A DNA stretch of 49,845 nucleotides from Candidatus Omnitrophota bacterium (GTDB lineage Bacteria; Omnitrophota; Gorgyraeia; Gygaellales; Profunditerraquicolaceae): contig JBAZNT010000011.1 of the NCBI GenBank assembly GCA_041649115.1, positions 1 through 49,845 of the forward strand, given 5' to 3'. Positions 15,010 through 24,349 of the stretch are shown here, piece after piece. The stretch's first letter is position 1. The number at the start of each line of letters is the position of its first letter. A program made the translations under genes and the position numbers. The notes under the pieces are model-generated. The model was not told where the DNA came from. It did not search any database and was given only the letters and a program-made list of their open reading frames with translations.

Positions 15010-16818
15010 ATGAAAATCCTTAAGATTACCATTATTTCCATTCTAATCCTGGTATTGCTGCTTTTTCTGGCAGCGGCTATCTTCCTGAAGGCTTTTGACA
15101 TTAACCGCTTCAAGCCGCAGATTATCAGCCAGGCCCAGATACTCTTAAACCGCAACGTAAATTTCCAAAGACTAAGCCTCGGGTTTTCCTTTACGCACGG
15201 CATCGGCCTTAAGGTCAAGGGTCTTGTCATCGCAGATGACCCTGCTTTTCAGAAGGGCGACTTTCTCTTCGTAGAAGAGATATCCGTAGGCGTTGACATA
15301 TTAGGTTATCTCCTGCGCAGAAAAATAGATGTATCCTCAATTGTCATTGATTCCCCGCGTGTTACTATCATCCGTAACAAAGACGGTTCAATTAATGCCG
15401 CTACCATCGGTCCTGCGCCGGCTGCCCAGGGGGCGTCAAAGAAGGAGCTCGCTGTTAAGCCGGCGGCCCAGGCAGTGCCTGCCGCCTTATTCGTTTCCGC
15501 TTTAAGGGTCAAGGACGCCAGGGTTACATATATTGACCGCTCTTTCGAGCCTGCCGTAAGCACGGAGATCAGCAGTTTGGATTTATCCGTAAAGAAGATT
15601 TCTTTCGCAGACAGTTTTCCGTTCCAGGCAGAGGCCGCGATATTTTCTTCAAAGCAAAACATCAGGATAGAAGGCAAGGTCAAGATAGACCTTCAGTCCG
15701 GACAGGCAAGCATCCTGGGGCTTAATGCTTCTACCGATCTCTCAATGCTTGAGCTTAATAAGATCTCCTCTTCGCTGCCGATGATAAACCCCGATCTTCT
15801 CCCGCTCCTTATCAAAGGCAGGGTCCGGGTTTCCATACCGTCGTTGACCATAGGTTCAAAGGGGTTATCCGGCCTTGAGGCTGCGGCGTACCTGACGGAC
15901 GGGTATATACAATTAAGGCAGGTTGCCTCTGCCGTCAGCGGGTTGTCGGCAGGCGTTAAGGTAAACGCGGGAGACGTCTTGCTGGATAAGGCATCCGCGT
16001 CTCTGGCAGGAGGGGTTATTAACATTTCGGGTAAAATCCGCGATTATGCGGGAGAGCAGGGTTTTGATTTTAAAGCTAGAGGCGAGAGCCTGAAACTACA
16101 GCAACTTATCAGGCAGGATAACTCCGCAATAAAGATAGAAGGCCTTTTGGGACTTAAGGTGGATTTGGAGGGAGAGGGTTTTTCCCGGGCCGCGTTAGAA
16201 TCCAATCTTTCAGGAAGCGGCAATATCGCACTCTCAAATGCAAAGCTAAAGAATATAAATATCCTGCGCACGGTGCTGGATAAAATTTCGATAATACCGG
16301 GGCTTGAAGAGAAGATAGAAGAGAGCCTTTCCGGGAGCTTCAAGGAAAAATTGACCCAGACTGATACCGAACTTTCCGATGCCGATATACCGTTTGTGAT
16401 TTCCGGAAACCGCGCTATTATAAAAGAAATAACCCTTGGCGCTGATGAATTCCTTTTTCGCGGGGAGGGGGAGGCAGGTTTTGACGGCTCTTTTTCATTG
16501 AAAGGGGCCTTTCTTATACCGCAGGAGCTTTCTGCCGCAATGGTTTCCGTGGTCCAGCAGCTGGAGTATCTTTTGAATGATGATAACCAGATCTATATCC
16601 CCATCGGGGTTTCCGGTAAGGCGCCGGCATTAAAAATCAGCGTGGACGCGGAGTATATCGCCAAGAAAATTCTGGCGCATCAGGCAAAGAGCCAGCTTTT
16701 CAGGGTCCTGGATAAGGCGATCGGCGGTGCTGGCGGAGAAGGGCAGGACGCAGGAGACGCCAAGGACTCTATCAAGGAAGCCGTAGGCAGTCTTCTGGAC
16801 AAGATTTTCGGGAATTGA
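15010..16818 (+). CDS. AsmA-family bridge-like lipid transport protein
   Basis: N-terminal anchor followed by FDINRFKPQI..Q, beta-rich repeats and a C-terminal IPIGVSG...P motif; directly upstream of the MCE operon. Confidence 0.75.
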   Translation: MKILKITIISILILVLLLFLAAAIFLKAFDINRFKPQIISQAQILLNRNVNFQRLSLGFSFTHGIGLKVKGLVIADDPAFQKGDFLFVEEISVGVDILGYLLRRKIDVSSIVIDSPRVTIIRNKDGSINAATIGPAPAAQGASKKELAVKPAAQAVPAALFVSALRVKDARVTYIDRSFEPAVSTEISSLDLSVKKISFADSFPFQAEAAIFSSKQNIRIEGKVKIDLQSGQASILGLNASTDLSMLELNKISSSLPMINPDLLPLLIKGRVRVSIPSLTIGSKGLSGLEAAAYLTDGYIQLRQVASAVSGLSAGVKVNAGDVLLDKASASLAGGVINISGKIRDYAGEQGFDFKARGESLKLQQLIRQDNSAIKIEGLLGLKVDLEGEGFSRAALESNLSGSGNIALSNAKLKNINILRTVLDKISIIPGLEEKIEESLSGSFKEKLTQTDTELSDADIPFVISGNRAIIKEITLGADEFLFRGEGEAGFDGSFSLKGAFLIPQELSAAMVSVVQQLEYLLNDDNQIYIPIGVSGKAPALKISVDAEYIAKKILAHQAKSQLFRVLDKAIGGAGGEGQDAGDAKDSIKEAVGSLLDKIFGN

Positions 16819-16856
16819 GAAAGTGATTTTACTGGGTTATCACGGAGGAATAAGAA

Positions 16857-17978
16857 TTGGAAAAACTCACGCTTGATTATTCCGTTCCTCAGACCCTGCG
16901 CCTTAAATTAAGCGGTGACTGGCGGATTTCCAGCGTCCTGCCTGAGCCGGGTAAAGTTACCTTTCAGTTTACGATCCGTAACGATATCAGGAAGCTTGGC
17001 ATTGATGTTTCCGGGATGACAGGATGGGACAGCGGGTTGGTTTCGTTTCTGAGCGAAGTTTTCAGGGAGTGCCGCCGGAGGAAAATAGAGGTTGTCCGGG
17101 AGGGGCTGCCTGCGGGGATAGAGCAACTTCTTGCGCTGGCAGATAAGCCGGATGAAAAGGTCAAGCCTCCGGAGGTAACGCGCGAACCGTTTTTCTCAAG
17201 GGTTGGGGAAAAGGCCGTGCGTATCGGCCGCAGTAGCCGCTCGCTGGCTAACTTTCTGGGAGAGATAGCTTATGCCTTTGGCCGTTTTTCGAGAGGCAAG
17301 GCATATTTTCGCTGGGGGGATTTTATCGGCATCCTGCGGAAGTGCGGGGTAGACGCCTTGGGGCTTGTTTCCCTGATAAGCGTGCTGGTAGGCGTGATCC
17401 TTGCTTTTGTCGGAGCGATACAGCTTGAATTGTTCGGGGCGCAGATTTTTATCGCCGATATCGTAGGCATTGCCATGGTGCGCGTGATGGGGGCGGTGAT
17501 GACCGGTGTCTTGATGTCGGGGCGCACGGGGGCGTCTTTTGCGGCAGAACTCGGGATTATGCAGACCAACGAAGAGATAGATGCCTTCAGGACCCTGGGG
17601 GTCAATCCGGTTGAATTCCTGGTAATGCCGCGGGTACTGGCCCTGGTCGTGATGATGCCGCTGTTGACCCTTTATGCCGATTTTATGGGTATATTGGGAG
17701 GATTTGTTATCAGCACCGGGGTCCTCGGTATTAATCCCGTGGAGTATATCAATCATACCCAGAACGCCGTTAGGCTCAGCAACCTCTGGGTGGGGCTGGT
17801 GCACAGCGTTGTCTTCGGCGCGATTATCGCGGTAGCAGGCTGCCTGCGCGGAATTAAATGCGAGAGGAGCGCGGCCGGTGTCGGAGAGGCGACCACCTCG
17901 GCGGTAGTCAGTGCCATCACAAGCATTGTGATAGCGACCGCTATTATAACTTTTATCTGTCAGGTAATAAAGGTGTAA
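16857..17978 (+). CDS. mlaE: MlaE-family permease with N-terminal STAS-like domain
   Basis: TTG start with GGAGG SD. GASFAAELGIMQTNEEIDA...G.NP.EFLVMPR and GVGEATTSAVV motifs. Confidence 0.9.
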   Translation: MEKLTLDYSVPQTLRLKLSGDWRISSVLPEPGKVTFQFTIRNDIRKLGIDVSGMTGWDSGLVSFLSEVFRECRRRKIEVVREGLPAGIEQLLALADKPDEKVKPPEVTREPFFSRVGEKAVRIGRSSRSLANFLGEIAYAFGRFSRGKAYFRWGDFIGILRKCGVDALGLVSLISVLVGVILAFVGAIQLELFGAQIFIADIVGIAMVRVMGAVMTGVLMSGRTGASFAAELGIMQTNEEIDAFRTLGVNPVEFLVMPRVLALVVMMPLLTLYADFMGILGGFVISTGVLGINPVEYINHTQNAVRLSNLWVGLVHSVVFGAIIAVAGCLRGIKCERSAAGVGEATTSAVVSAITSIVIATAIITFICQVIKV

Positions 17979-17994
17979 CCGGAAGGAGGCTGTA

Positions 17995-18756
17995 TTGCCT
18001 GCCGTTATCGAGGTGCGCAATCTCGGCTTGAGTTACGATGACTATGTCGTGATGCGCGGCCTTAACTTTAGCGTCCGGAAGGGCGACATATTTATAGTTA
18101 TGGGAGGCAGCGGATGCGGCAAGAGCACGCTCCTGAAGTCCCTGATCGGGCTTAAAGAACCTGCCAAAGGAGAGGTTTTATACGGCGGCAGGGATTTCTG
18201 GAAACAGGACGAAGCCGAGCAGCAAAAAATCATGCGTAGCTTCGGAGTGCTTTATCAGGGGGGAGCGCTTTGGAGTTCGTTGACCCTGGGGGAGAACGTG
18301 GCGCTGCCGCTGGAGCTCTATTCGAAATTGAACCCCGAACAGATAAGGGAGGTGGCGAGGCTTAAGCTCGCCCTGGTAGGTCTGGCAGGTTACGCTGATT
18401 TTTACCCTTCGGAGTTAAGCGGAGGGATGCGCAAACGCGCAGGCTTAGCGCGCGCAATCGCTCTTGACCCGGAAATCATCTTTTTCGACGAGCCTTCGGC
18501 CGGGCTTGACCCGCCGAGCGCCCGCATGCTCGATGATTTGATTATTCAGCTCAGGGATACCCTGGGAGCTACTATCGTGGTCGTTACCCATGAGCTCGCA
18601 AGCATCTTTGCGGTCGGTAATAACTCCGTATTTCTGGATTCAGAGGCCAAGACCATGGTTGCCGCAGGCAACCCCAGGGATTTATTGAATAATTCCAAGG
18701 ACCCCCGGGTCATAGAGTTTCTGACAAGGGGAGAGAGGCAGGGAGTCGCGCGATGA
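17995..18756 (+). CDS. mlaF: MlaF-family ABC ATPase
   Basis: GGSGCGKST, PSELSGGMRKRAGLARA, DEPSAGLDP and VVTHEL. Confidence 0.92.
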   Translation: MPAVIEVRNLGLSYDDYVVMRGLNFSVRKGDIFIVMGGSGCGKSTLLKSLIGLKEPAKGEVLYGGRDFWKQDEAEQQKIMRSFGVLYQGGALWSSLTLGENVALPLELYSKLNPEQIREVARLKLALVGLAGYADFYPSELSGGMRKRAGLARAIALDPEIIFFDEPSAGLDPPSARMLDDLIIQLRDTLGATIVVVTHELASIFAVGNNSVFLDSEAKTMVAAGNPRDLLNNSKDPRVIEFLTRGERQGVAR

Positions 18757-19451
18757 TGAAAAAAGTTGATAAGACGGCGATCGGGATGTTTGTGGTGGGG
18801 GCGGCAGCGTTATTGATAATAGCGATACTCGTTTTCGGCTCAGGAAATCTTTTTAAGAATACCGACAGGTACGTCCTTTTCTTTAACGATTCGGTCAAGG
18901 GGCTTTCGGTGGGGGCGCCGGTTATTTTTAAGGGCGTCAAGATAGGCAATGTCAGCGCCATCAGCCTCGTTTATGACCCCCAGACCAGGGCTGTCCTTAT
19001 ACCCGTGATTATCGACGTGGAGCTGGCGCGCGTAAAAGGATTCCCGGAAGAACTGGGTTATACGGATTACGCGCTTTTGATTAAGCAGGGCTTGAAGGGC
19101 AAGCTTGAGATACAGAATTTCATAACCGGGCAGCTGATGATTGCCTTTGATTTCTATCCGGATAAAGATGCGAAGACTTACGGTCTTATCAAGAAATACC
19201 CGGAACTTCCGGTGTTGCCCATATCCCCGGATATCTTCGAGGTCATGAACGAGATACCGGTCAAGGAGATTTCCGAGAATTTGAATGAAACGGTAGCAGG
19301 TATTAACAAATTGGTGAATTCGGAGGGATTCTACGGGTTAAGCAACGTAGTGCAGGAGGTGACGCAGGCAGCGCGTTCCATACGCCTTTTCGTCGAATAC
19401 CTTGAGATGCACCCCGAGGCGCTCTTAAAAGGCAAAGAGGTCTCTAAATAG
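18753..19451 (+). CDS. mlaD: MlaD/MCE-domain protein
   Basis: N-terminal TM, then SVKGLSVGAPV.FKGV.IG.V (MCE) and C-terminal YLE.HPEALL.GK. Confidence 0.88.
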   Translation: MMKKVDKTAIGMFVVGAAALLIIAILVFGSGNLFKNTDRYVLFFNDSVKGLSVGAPVIFKGVKIGNVSAISLVYDPQTRAVLIPVIIDVELARVKGFPEELGYTDYALLIKQGLKGKLEIQNFITGQLMIAFDFYPDKDAKTYGLIKKYPELPVLPISPDIFEVMNEIPVKEISENLNETVAGINKLVNSEGFYGLSNVVQEVTQAARSIRLFVEYLEMHPEALLKGKEVSK

Positions 19452-19468
19452 TTTAAAAGGAGAGCAAG

Positions 19469-20137
19469 ATGAAAAAAACCGCATTGTTATACGGTATGCT
19501 TACGGCAGCCCTGGTTTTCTCTTTGGCTTTAGAGGGATGCATATCCATACCGGACAGCCCTAACCCGCGATTTTATACTCTCAGCGCTACCGCCAGGGGG
19601 GATTCGGCGGAGAAGGCCGCTATCCCGCCCAGTGTAATTATCGGTACCGGCCCGGTTAAAATCCCGGAGTACTTAAACCGCCCCCAGATCATAACCCGGG
19701 ATAAGAAAAAACTGCTTACCTTTGCCGAGTTTGACCGTTGGGGAGAACAGCTTAACCTCGGCATTAACCGCCTGATTTACGAGAACCTTTCAGCGCTGCT
19801 TCCTGAAGCGACTATCGAAATCTTTCCCTGGAACCTGCTTATCCCGGTAAGGTATCAGGTGGTTGTGGATGTTGTCCGGATAGATAGCGAGCTCGATAAA
19901 GACCTGTTTTTTATAGCGCAGTGGTCGATCGTTGATTTGAAGGATAAAAAGATGGTCTTTACAAAGAGGGCCGAGCTGCGCCAGCCGATTCTGCCGCACA
20001 GTTATCCCGGTTTAATTGATGCCTTAAATTCGGCGGTGGCCTCCTTAAGTACGGATATCGCAGGGGAATTGGTATCTCTGGCAAAGCAAGGAGACAAGAA
20101 AAAGGAAAATCCCTCCGGGGAGGAGGCAGGTTCTTAG
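19469..20137 (+). CDS. PqiC-like ABC transport auxiliary lipoprotein
   Basis: Lipobox LEGC, RFYTLS, GPV.IPEYLNRPQI and RWGE.L. Confidence 0.85.
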   Translation: MKKTALLYGMLTAALVFSLALEGCISIPDSPNPRFYTLSATARGDSAEKAAIPPSVIIGTGPVKIPEYLNRPQIITRDKKKLLTFAEFDRWGEQLNLGINRLIYENLSALLPEATIEIFPWNLLIPVRYQVVVDVVRIDSELDKDLFFIAQWSIVDLKDKKMVFTKRAELRQPILPHSYPGLIDALNSAVASLSTDIAGELVSLAKQGDKKKENPSGEEAGS

Positions 20138-20149
20138 AGGGGGCAGCTT

Positions 20150-21844
20150 TTATAAAGAATCATCCAGCGATTTTATCCGGCTTTGAAATTCTATAATCTT
20201 TTTTGAGATTATTTTATTGAGCATCCTAAGCTCCAGGAATCCCTGGAGCTTGTTGTTTTTATCTACCACCGGAAGATATTCGAGATGATTACCGAAGAGT
20301 TCTTTTGCGACGGATAGGCTGGCATCGGCGCTAATGGTAGTTGTCGAAGGCTCCATCAGGTCAACGGCAACCACCAGATCGCTGAGTCCGGAGGTTGCAA
20401 AGGCATTCCTGATGTCGTCAACGCCTATTATCCCGCGCAGTAGCCCTTCCTTATTTACTACCGGATAGTAAAAATTGCTGCTTTCGCCGAAAATCTTCAG
20501 GATTTCCTCCAGCTTCATATTCTCATAAATCAGGGGGTATGCCGTATCCATCACCTCTGCGACCTTGAGCTTATGGATAAGGTCCTCTTCGGTGATATTG
20601 AGGCCGGTTTCCTTGGCCTTGACTACCGCCAGTTTGGTAAGCGGAGGACCGATGATCTGCACCACGAAGGTGGTTACCGTTATAACGATAATGATGGTAT
20701 TTCCTATCTGGTCCGGGAATGCCTGCGCAGCGACGATGGAGAGGCCTATTGCTACGCCTGCCTGGCTAAAGAGGCAGAGGGGGAGGTAATTCTGCACTGT
20801 TTTCGGCATCCCTGAGATACGCGCTCCCAGACTTGCGCCAATGCCCTTTCCGAAACTCCTGCCTACCAGATATACAAATGCCAGCAGGAGTATGGGCAGG
20901 GATATCTTGGTGATATCGAGCTTTGATCCTACCAGCACGAAAAAGAGGATGTAGATAGGGGGAGTAAAACTGTCGACTACCTCGAACATCTTGGCGCTTG
21001 CCTTGGGGGCGTAATTTACGCTTACCGCCCCCAATATCATGGCAGCCAGAAGCATATCCATGCCGAAAGCAGAGGCCAACCCGAGCGCAAGAAGGACGGT
21101 GCCTACTGAGAAGGCGAGTATTTTCTCCCGTTGGGGGTAACGCTTGAGTATTTTTATCAGCAGCCATCCTGAAAGCGAGCCTATCAATATGGAGCCGCCG
21201 ATTTCATATAATGGGTGCCTGAAGAGTTCGAATATGGTTCCTGAGGCGTGCCCGGTGAGGTTAAAAGCGATGCTCGATGCAAAAGCGAAGAGTAAGAGCG
21301 CCAGCCCGTCGTCCAGGGCAACGATGCTTAATACCGTCGTTGTCAGCGGGCCGCGCGTCCTGTATTCCCATAGGACATCGGTGGTGGCCGCGGGTGCGGT
21401 GGCGGAAGAGATGGCCCCGAGCAGCAGCCCGAGCGCGCATGCAAATTTGAAGTCCCCGAAGATAAAGAAAGCCAGGATGCTTACGAGTATGGAAACCAGG
21501 ATAAAGGCAGTTATCCCCTCAAAGAGCAGGACATTAATAAGCTTTGCCCCGTGTTTGATAAAAACCTCTTTTTTAAGCTCCCTGCCTATCATAAACCCGA
21601 TGAGCCCCAGCGCAAAATAATTGAGCGGCTGCAGCGCGGAGAGCACCTCGCGGTCGATAATCTTGAGGCCCGATACCCCGATGACAATGCCTATGGCGAT
21701 ATATCCCACTACCTGGGGGATTTGTAATTTTTGGAAGATGCGTCCGCCGATAGTCCCGCCAAAGAGGGCCAACCCCAAGAGAAAGAGGATGTTTATATGG
21801 AAAAATGAAAATTGTGTGAGGAGACGGCTGACAGATTCAAACAT
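20150..21844 (-). CDS. CPA2-family cation:proton antiporter with C-terminal tandem CBS domains
   Basis: About 12 TMs with ATAPAAT..V and ALDD motifs; C-terminal V.EVMD...YPVV...G and LPVVD...GFL CBS pair. Confidence 0.88.
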   Translation of the reverse strand: MFESVSRLLTQFSFFHINILFLLGLALFGGTIGGRIFQKLQIPQVVGYIAIGIVIGVSGLKIIDREVLSALQPLNYFALGLIGFMIGRELKKEVFIKHGAKLINVLLFEGITAFILVSILVSILAFFIFGDFKFACALGLLLGAISSATAPAATTDVLWEYRTRGPLTTTVLSIVALDDGLALLLFAFASSIAFNLTGHASGTIFELFRHPLYEIGGSILIGSLSGWLLIKILKRYPQREKILAFSVGTVLLALGLASAFGMDMLLAAMILGAVSVNYAPKASAKMFEVVDSFTPPIYILFFVLVGSKLDITKISLPILLLAFVYLVGRSFGKGIGASLGARISGMPKTVQNYLPLCLFSQAGVAIGLSIVAAQAFPDQIGNTIIIVITVTTFVVQIIGPPLTKLAVVKAKETGLNITEEDLIHKLKVAEVMDTAYPLIYENMKLEEILKIFGESSNFYYPVVNKEGLLRGIIGVDDIRNAFATSGLSDLVVAVDLMEPSTTTISADASLSVAKELFGNHLEYLPVVDKNNKLQGFLELRMLNKIISKKIIEFQSRIKSLDDSL

Positions 21845-21851
21845 GAATTTT

Positions 21852-21879
21852 ATTATATTATAAAAACCGCTCTTTTCAA
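21852..21879 (-). promoter_or_regulatory. Promoter implying a leaderless antiporter transcript
   Basis: On the minus strand TTGAAA-16 nt-TATAAT-7 nt-ATG, with no SD. Confidence 0.55.
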
Positions 21880-22048
21880 AAGAAAATAAAAAGGGATGGT
21901 TCTTAAGGTAAAGCTAAAGTGCCCCTTCAAAAGACGCTTTCCCTAACGATGAAAAGGGCATCTTTGAGACGTATTCCGTTTTGGAATATTACATAATTTA
22001 ATATATCATAATAGCGCTTATTCGGACAAAAGCAGGGTTTATAGCCGG

Positions 22049-22270
22049 ATGGATAAGACGATTTTTACCGACACCCACAAGCGCCTGGTAGGCAAGCTGG
22101 TGAAGGCGCGCCGCAATGCAAGATTAAGGCAGGTAGACGCCGCCAGGAAGCTCGGCCGCACCCAGTCTTATATTTCAAAGATAGAATCCGGCCAGCGCCG
22201 CATTGATACTGTCCAGCTGAAGGAATTCTCCCGCCTCTACAAGAAGAGGATTGATTTTTTCCTTGAATAA
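22049..22270 (+). CDS. XRE-family HTH protein
   Basis: LVKARRNARLRQVDAARKLGRTQSYISKIESGQRRID. Confidence 0.9.
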   Translation: MDKTIFTDTHKRLVGKLVKARRNARLRQVDAARKLGRTQSYISKIESGQRRIDTVQLKEFSRLYKKRIDFFLE

Positions 22271-22275
22271 CCTCT

Positions 22276-22974
22276 TTAGATAAGCCCCGCATCCGCAAAA
22301 CTGAAATAATCGTCATTACCGATAATCACGTGATCGAGCGCTTGGAGGCAGAGCATCTCTCCTGCCTTTATGAGCTCGCGGGTAAATTCCTTGTCTTCCG
22401 GGCTGGGCTGGGGGTTTCCTGAAGGGTGGTTGTGAACGCATATCAGGGAAGGGGCAAAACCCTGGAGCGCCTTGTGGTAAATTTCCCGTAAAATCGGCTT
22501 TACCTGGTTCACCGTGCCTTCCGTAACCTCGGCAATATCAATAATCCGCGCCCCGGAGTCCAGCAGTATTATCTTAAATACCTCTTTTTTCAGGTCGCGC
22601 ATCCTCGGCATCATGATTCCCGCCACATCTGCCGAAGATTCTATCCTGGGTCTGGAAGCCATCATTTCTTTTTCTTTAATCCGCCTGCCGATTTCTATCG
22701 CTGCTTTTATCTGGATAATCTTTGCATTGCCAAGGCCCAGACCGCGGAATTCATCCCAGGAAGCCGGGTCGGTATGGGAGAGGTTGCGGAATGTTTTGAA
22801 TTTATGGAGTATTTTTCTCGCCAGGTCTACGGCGCTAAGGCCTTTTGCGCCGCAGCGGATAATTATTGCCAGGAGTTCCGAATCAGTAAGGGTATGTTCA
22901 CCCTGCCGCAGGAGTTTTTCCCGCGGCCGGTCTTCCTTGGGCCAGTTTGTTATGCTGGTATGCAACTTTTTAAT
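22276..22974 (-). CDS. radC: RadC (HhH plus JAB domain), probable ATT start
   Basis: WP.EDRPREKLL, LTDSELLAII, KEVF...LD, HNHPSG and DHVIIG motifs. In-frame ATT at 22974 lies 5 nt after GGAGG, whereas the track TTG at 22965 is 14 nt away. Confidence 0.9.
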   Translation of the reverse strand: MKKLHTSITNWPKEDRPREKLLRQGEHTLTDSELLAIIIRCGAKGLSAVDLARKILHKFKTFRNLSHTDPASWDEFRGLGLGNAKIIQIKAAIEIGRRIKEKEMMASRPRIESSADVAGIMMPRMRDLKKEVFKIILLDSGARIIDIAEVTEGTVNQVKPILREIYHKALQGFAPSLICVHNHPSGNPQPSPEDKEFTRELIKAGEMLCLQALDHVIIGNDDYFSFADAGLI

Positions 22975-23125
22975 TTTTGCCTCCCAGGTAATAGACGATA
23001 TTGCCGGTAGTTTCTAACAGGGAAAGAGCAGACACCTTCCCGAACAGCCGGGAGAGCGTTACTGCTTCAGAGGCAAGATACTGTCCCGAACGGGGAGGAA
23101 AACGTCTTGTGCTTTGAAAAAAGGT

Positions 23126-23153
23126 TTAACATCGCTGGAAAGAGTGATATAAT
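23126..23153 (+). promoter_or_regulatory. Sigma70-type promoter of the lipoprotein pair
   Basis: TTAACA-16 nt-TATAAT with extended TG. Confidence 0.6.
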
Positions 23154-23181
23154 AAAAATTCCGGGAAAAGGAGGAAAGACT

Positions 23182-23577
23182 ATGAAAAATAGCTCCGCGT
23201 GGGTCTTTATATGGTTGGCGTTTTTCATTTTGAGCGTAAATCTGGGGTGTTCCCATATTGCGCCCAAGCAGCAGATGACGGTAGCCGGGACATCCGACAT
23301 AAACAAGGACGGCAGGCCCGACGTAACATATTACAAAGAGGGGGAATACATATCCAAGGTCGAAGCGGATACCAATTACGACGGCAGGCCCGACGTAACA
23401 GTGCGTACCAGAGGCGGGAAATTCGAGTCCGCGGAAGTGGATAAGGATTATAACGGCACGGTTGACGAGAGATTCGAAGACGTCAAAGAATTCAACAAGT
23501 GGCTCAACGAAAATCATCCCGATTTCAACGATAAATTGAACAAGCCCGACTGGCGGGTTAATCTGGCCAATTTTTGA
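23182..23577 (+). CDS. Lipoprotein with DxNxDG (Ca-binding-loop-like) repeats
   Basis: AGGAGG SD before ATG 23182, lipobox NLGC, and repeats DINKDGRPDV / DTNYDGRPDV / DKDYNGTVD. Confidence 0.75.
   Translation: MKNSSAWVFIWLAFFILSVNLGCSHIAPKQQMTVAGTSDINKDGRPDVTYYKEGEYISKVEADTNYDGRPDVTVRTRGGKFESAEVDKDYNGTVDERFEDVKEFNKWLNENHPDFNDKLNKPDWRVNLANF
23308..23400 (+). repeat. Exact 21-nt intragenic direct repeat, 72-nt period
   Basis: GACGGCAGGCCCGACGTAACA at 23308-23328 and 23380-23400. Confidence 0.95.
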
Positions 23578-23580
23578 GGC

Positions 23581-24288
23581 ATGGACGCACGGATGCATAA
23601 GATAAAAAGAATATTAGCGTTTTTCTTTCCGGTTTTCTTTTTATCGGGATGCGCGACCTACTATGCGGTTACGGTGAACGACTACCTGGATACCACCGAG
23701 ACACCCGAACCAATCCCCGCCGGTGCATCTTTTTATGTCCTTCCCAATGAAAACGAAAAGAACCCCATTCTTGATAATGAAATCAAATCCAAGATAGAAA
23801 AACTGCTTCTGGAGAGCGGATACAAGATATCCTCTTACGAGAAGGCAGAGCTTTACCTTAATTTTACCTATTCGGTAAGTTCCGGCAGGAGGGAAACGCA
23901 GATAAGGCCCGTATTTAACGTCGGAGAGACCGGTACGATACAGACCTATAAGTCAAGCGGCGAAAGCAGCACTTCAATAATAACCATGCCGGGTTATACC
24001 AGCTATGTGCCTTACAGGATTACGTTATTTACTTCCTCCCTTACCCTGGATGTCCTTGATGCTGCCAGTCTTAGGTCTAATAAACAAAAGAAGATAGTCT
24101 GGATAGGGGAGAATTCCAGTACCAGCCAGAATTCAGAGATAAGGGATACTATAAATTACCTTTTGGTCGCGGCGTTTGAAAATTTCGGAAAAAATACCGA
24201 AAGAAGCATTAAGGCAGAGATAAGCACGGGCGACCCCCGCATAAAACAAATAACCGGAGGTGCAGAAAAGAAGGCAGAAAGCCGATAA
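23581..24288 (+). CDS. Lipoprotein, DUF4136-like
   Basis: Lipobox LSGC and the pattern of DUF4136-like proteins (L...GY...A.LY....Y; LTLD..D; .VW.G). The start may be 23593. Confidence 0.6.
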   Translation: MDARMHKIKRILAFFFPVFFLSGCATYYAVTVNDYLDTTETPEPIPAGASFYVLPNENEKNPILDNEIKSKIEKLLLESGYKISSYEKAELYLNFTYSVSSGRRETQIRPVFNVGETGTIQTYKSSGESSTSIITMPGYTSYVPYRITLFTSSLTLDVLDAASLRSNKQKKIVWIGENSSTSQNSEIRDTINYLLVAAFENFGKNTERSIKAEISTGDPRIKQITGGAEKKAESR

Positions 24289-24349
24289 AAAGCGGGTGTG
24301 GCGGTGAGCATAAAAAATGGACGTATATTTGGCAGGAAAGGAGAAAGAA

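Noticed and set aside
22049-22974. XRE plus radC as a prophage or integrative-element remnant
   Set aside because: RadC is the full-length HhH+JAB type, and I found no integrase, tRNA, att-like repeats or phage genes.
23037-23093. Twice-repeated TCCCGAAC and small hairpins upstream of radC as LexA boxes
   Set aside because: No GAAC-N4-GTTC arrangement; only two short copies, compatible with chance or small stems.
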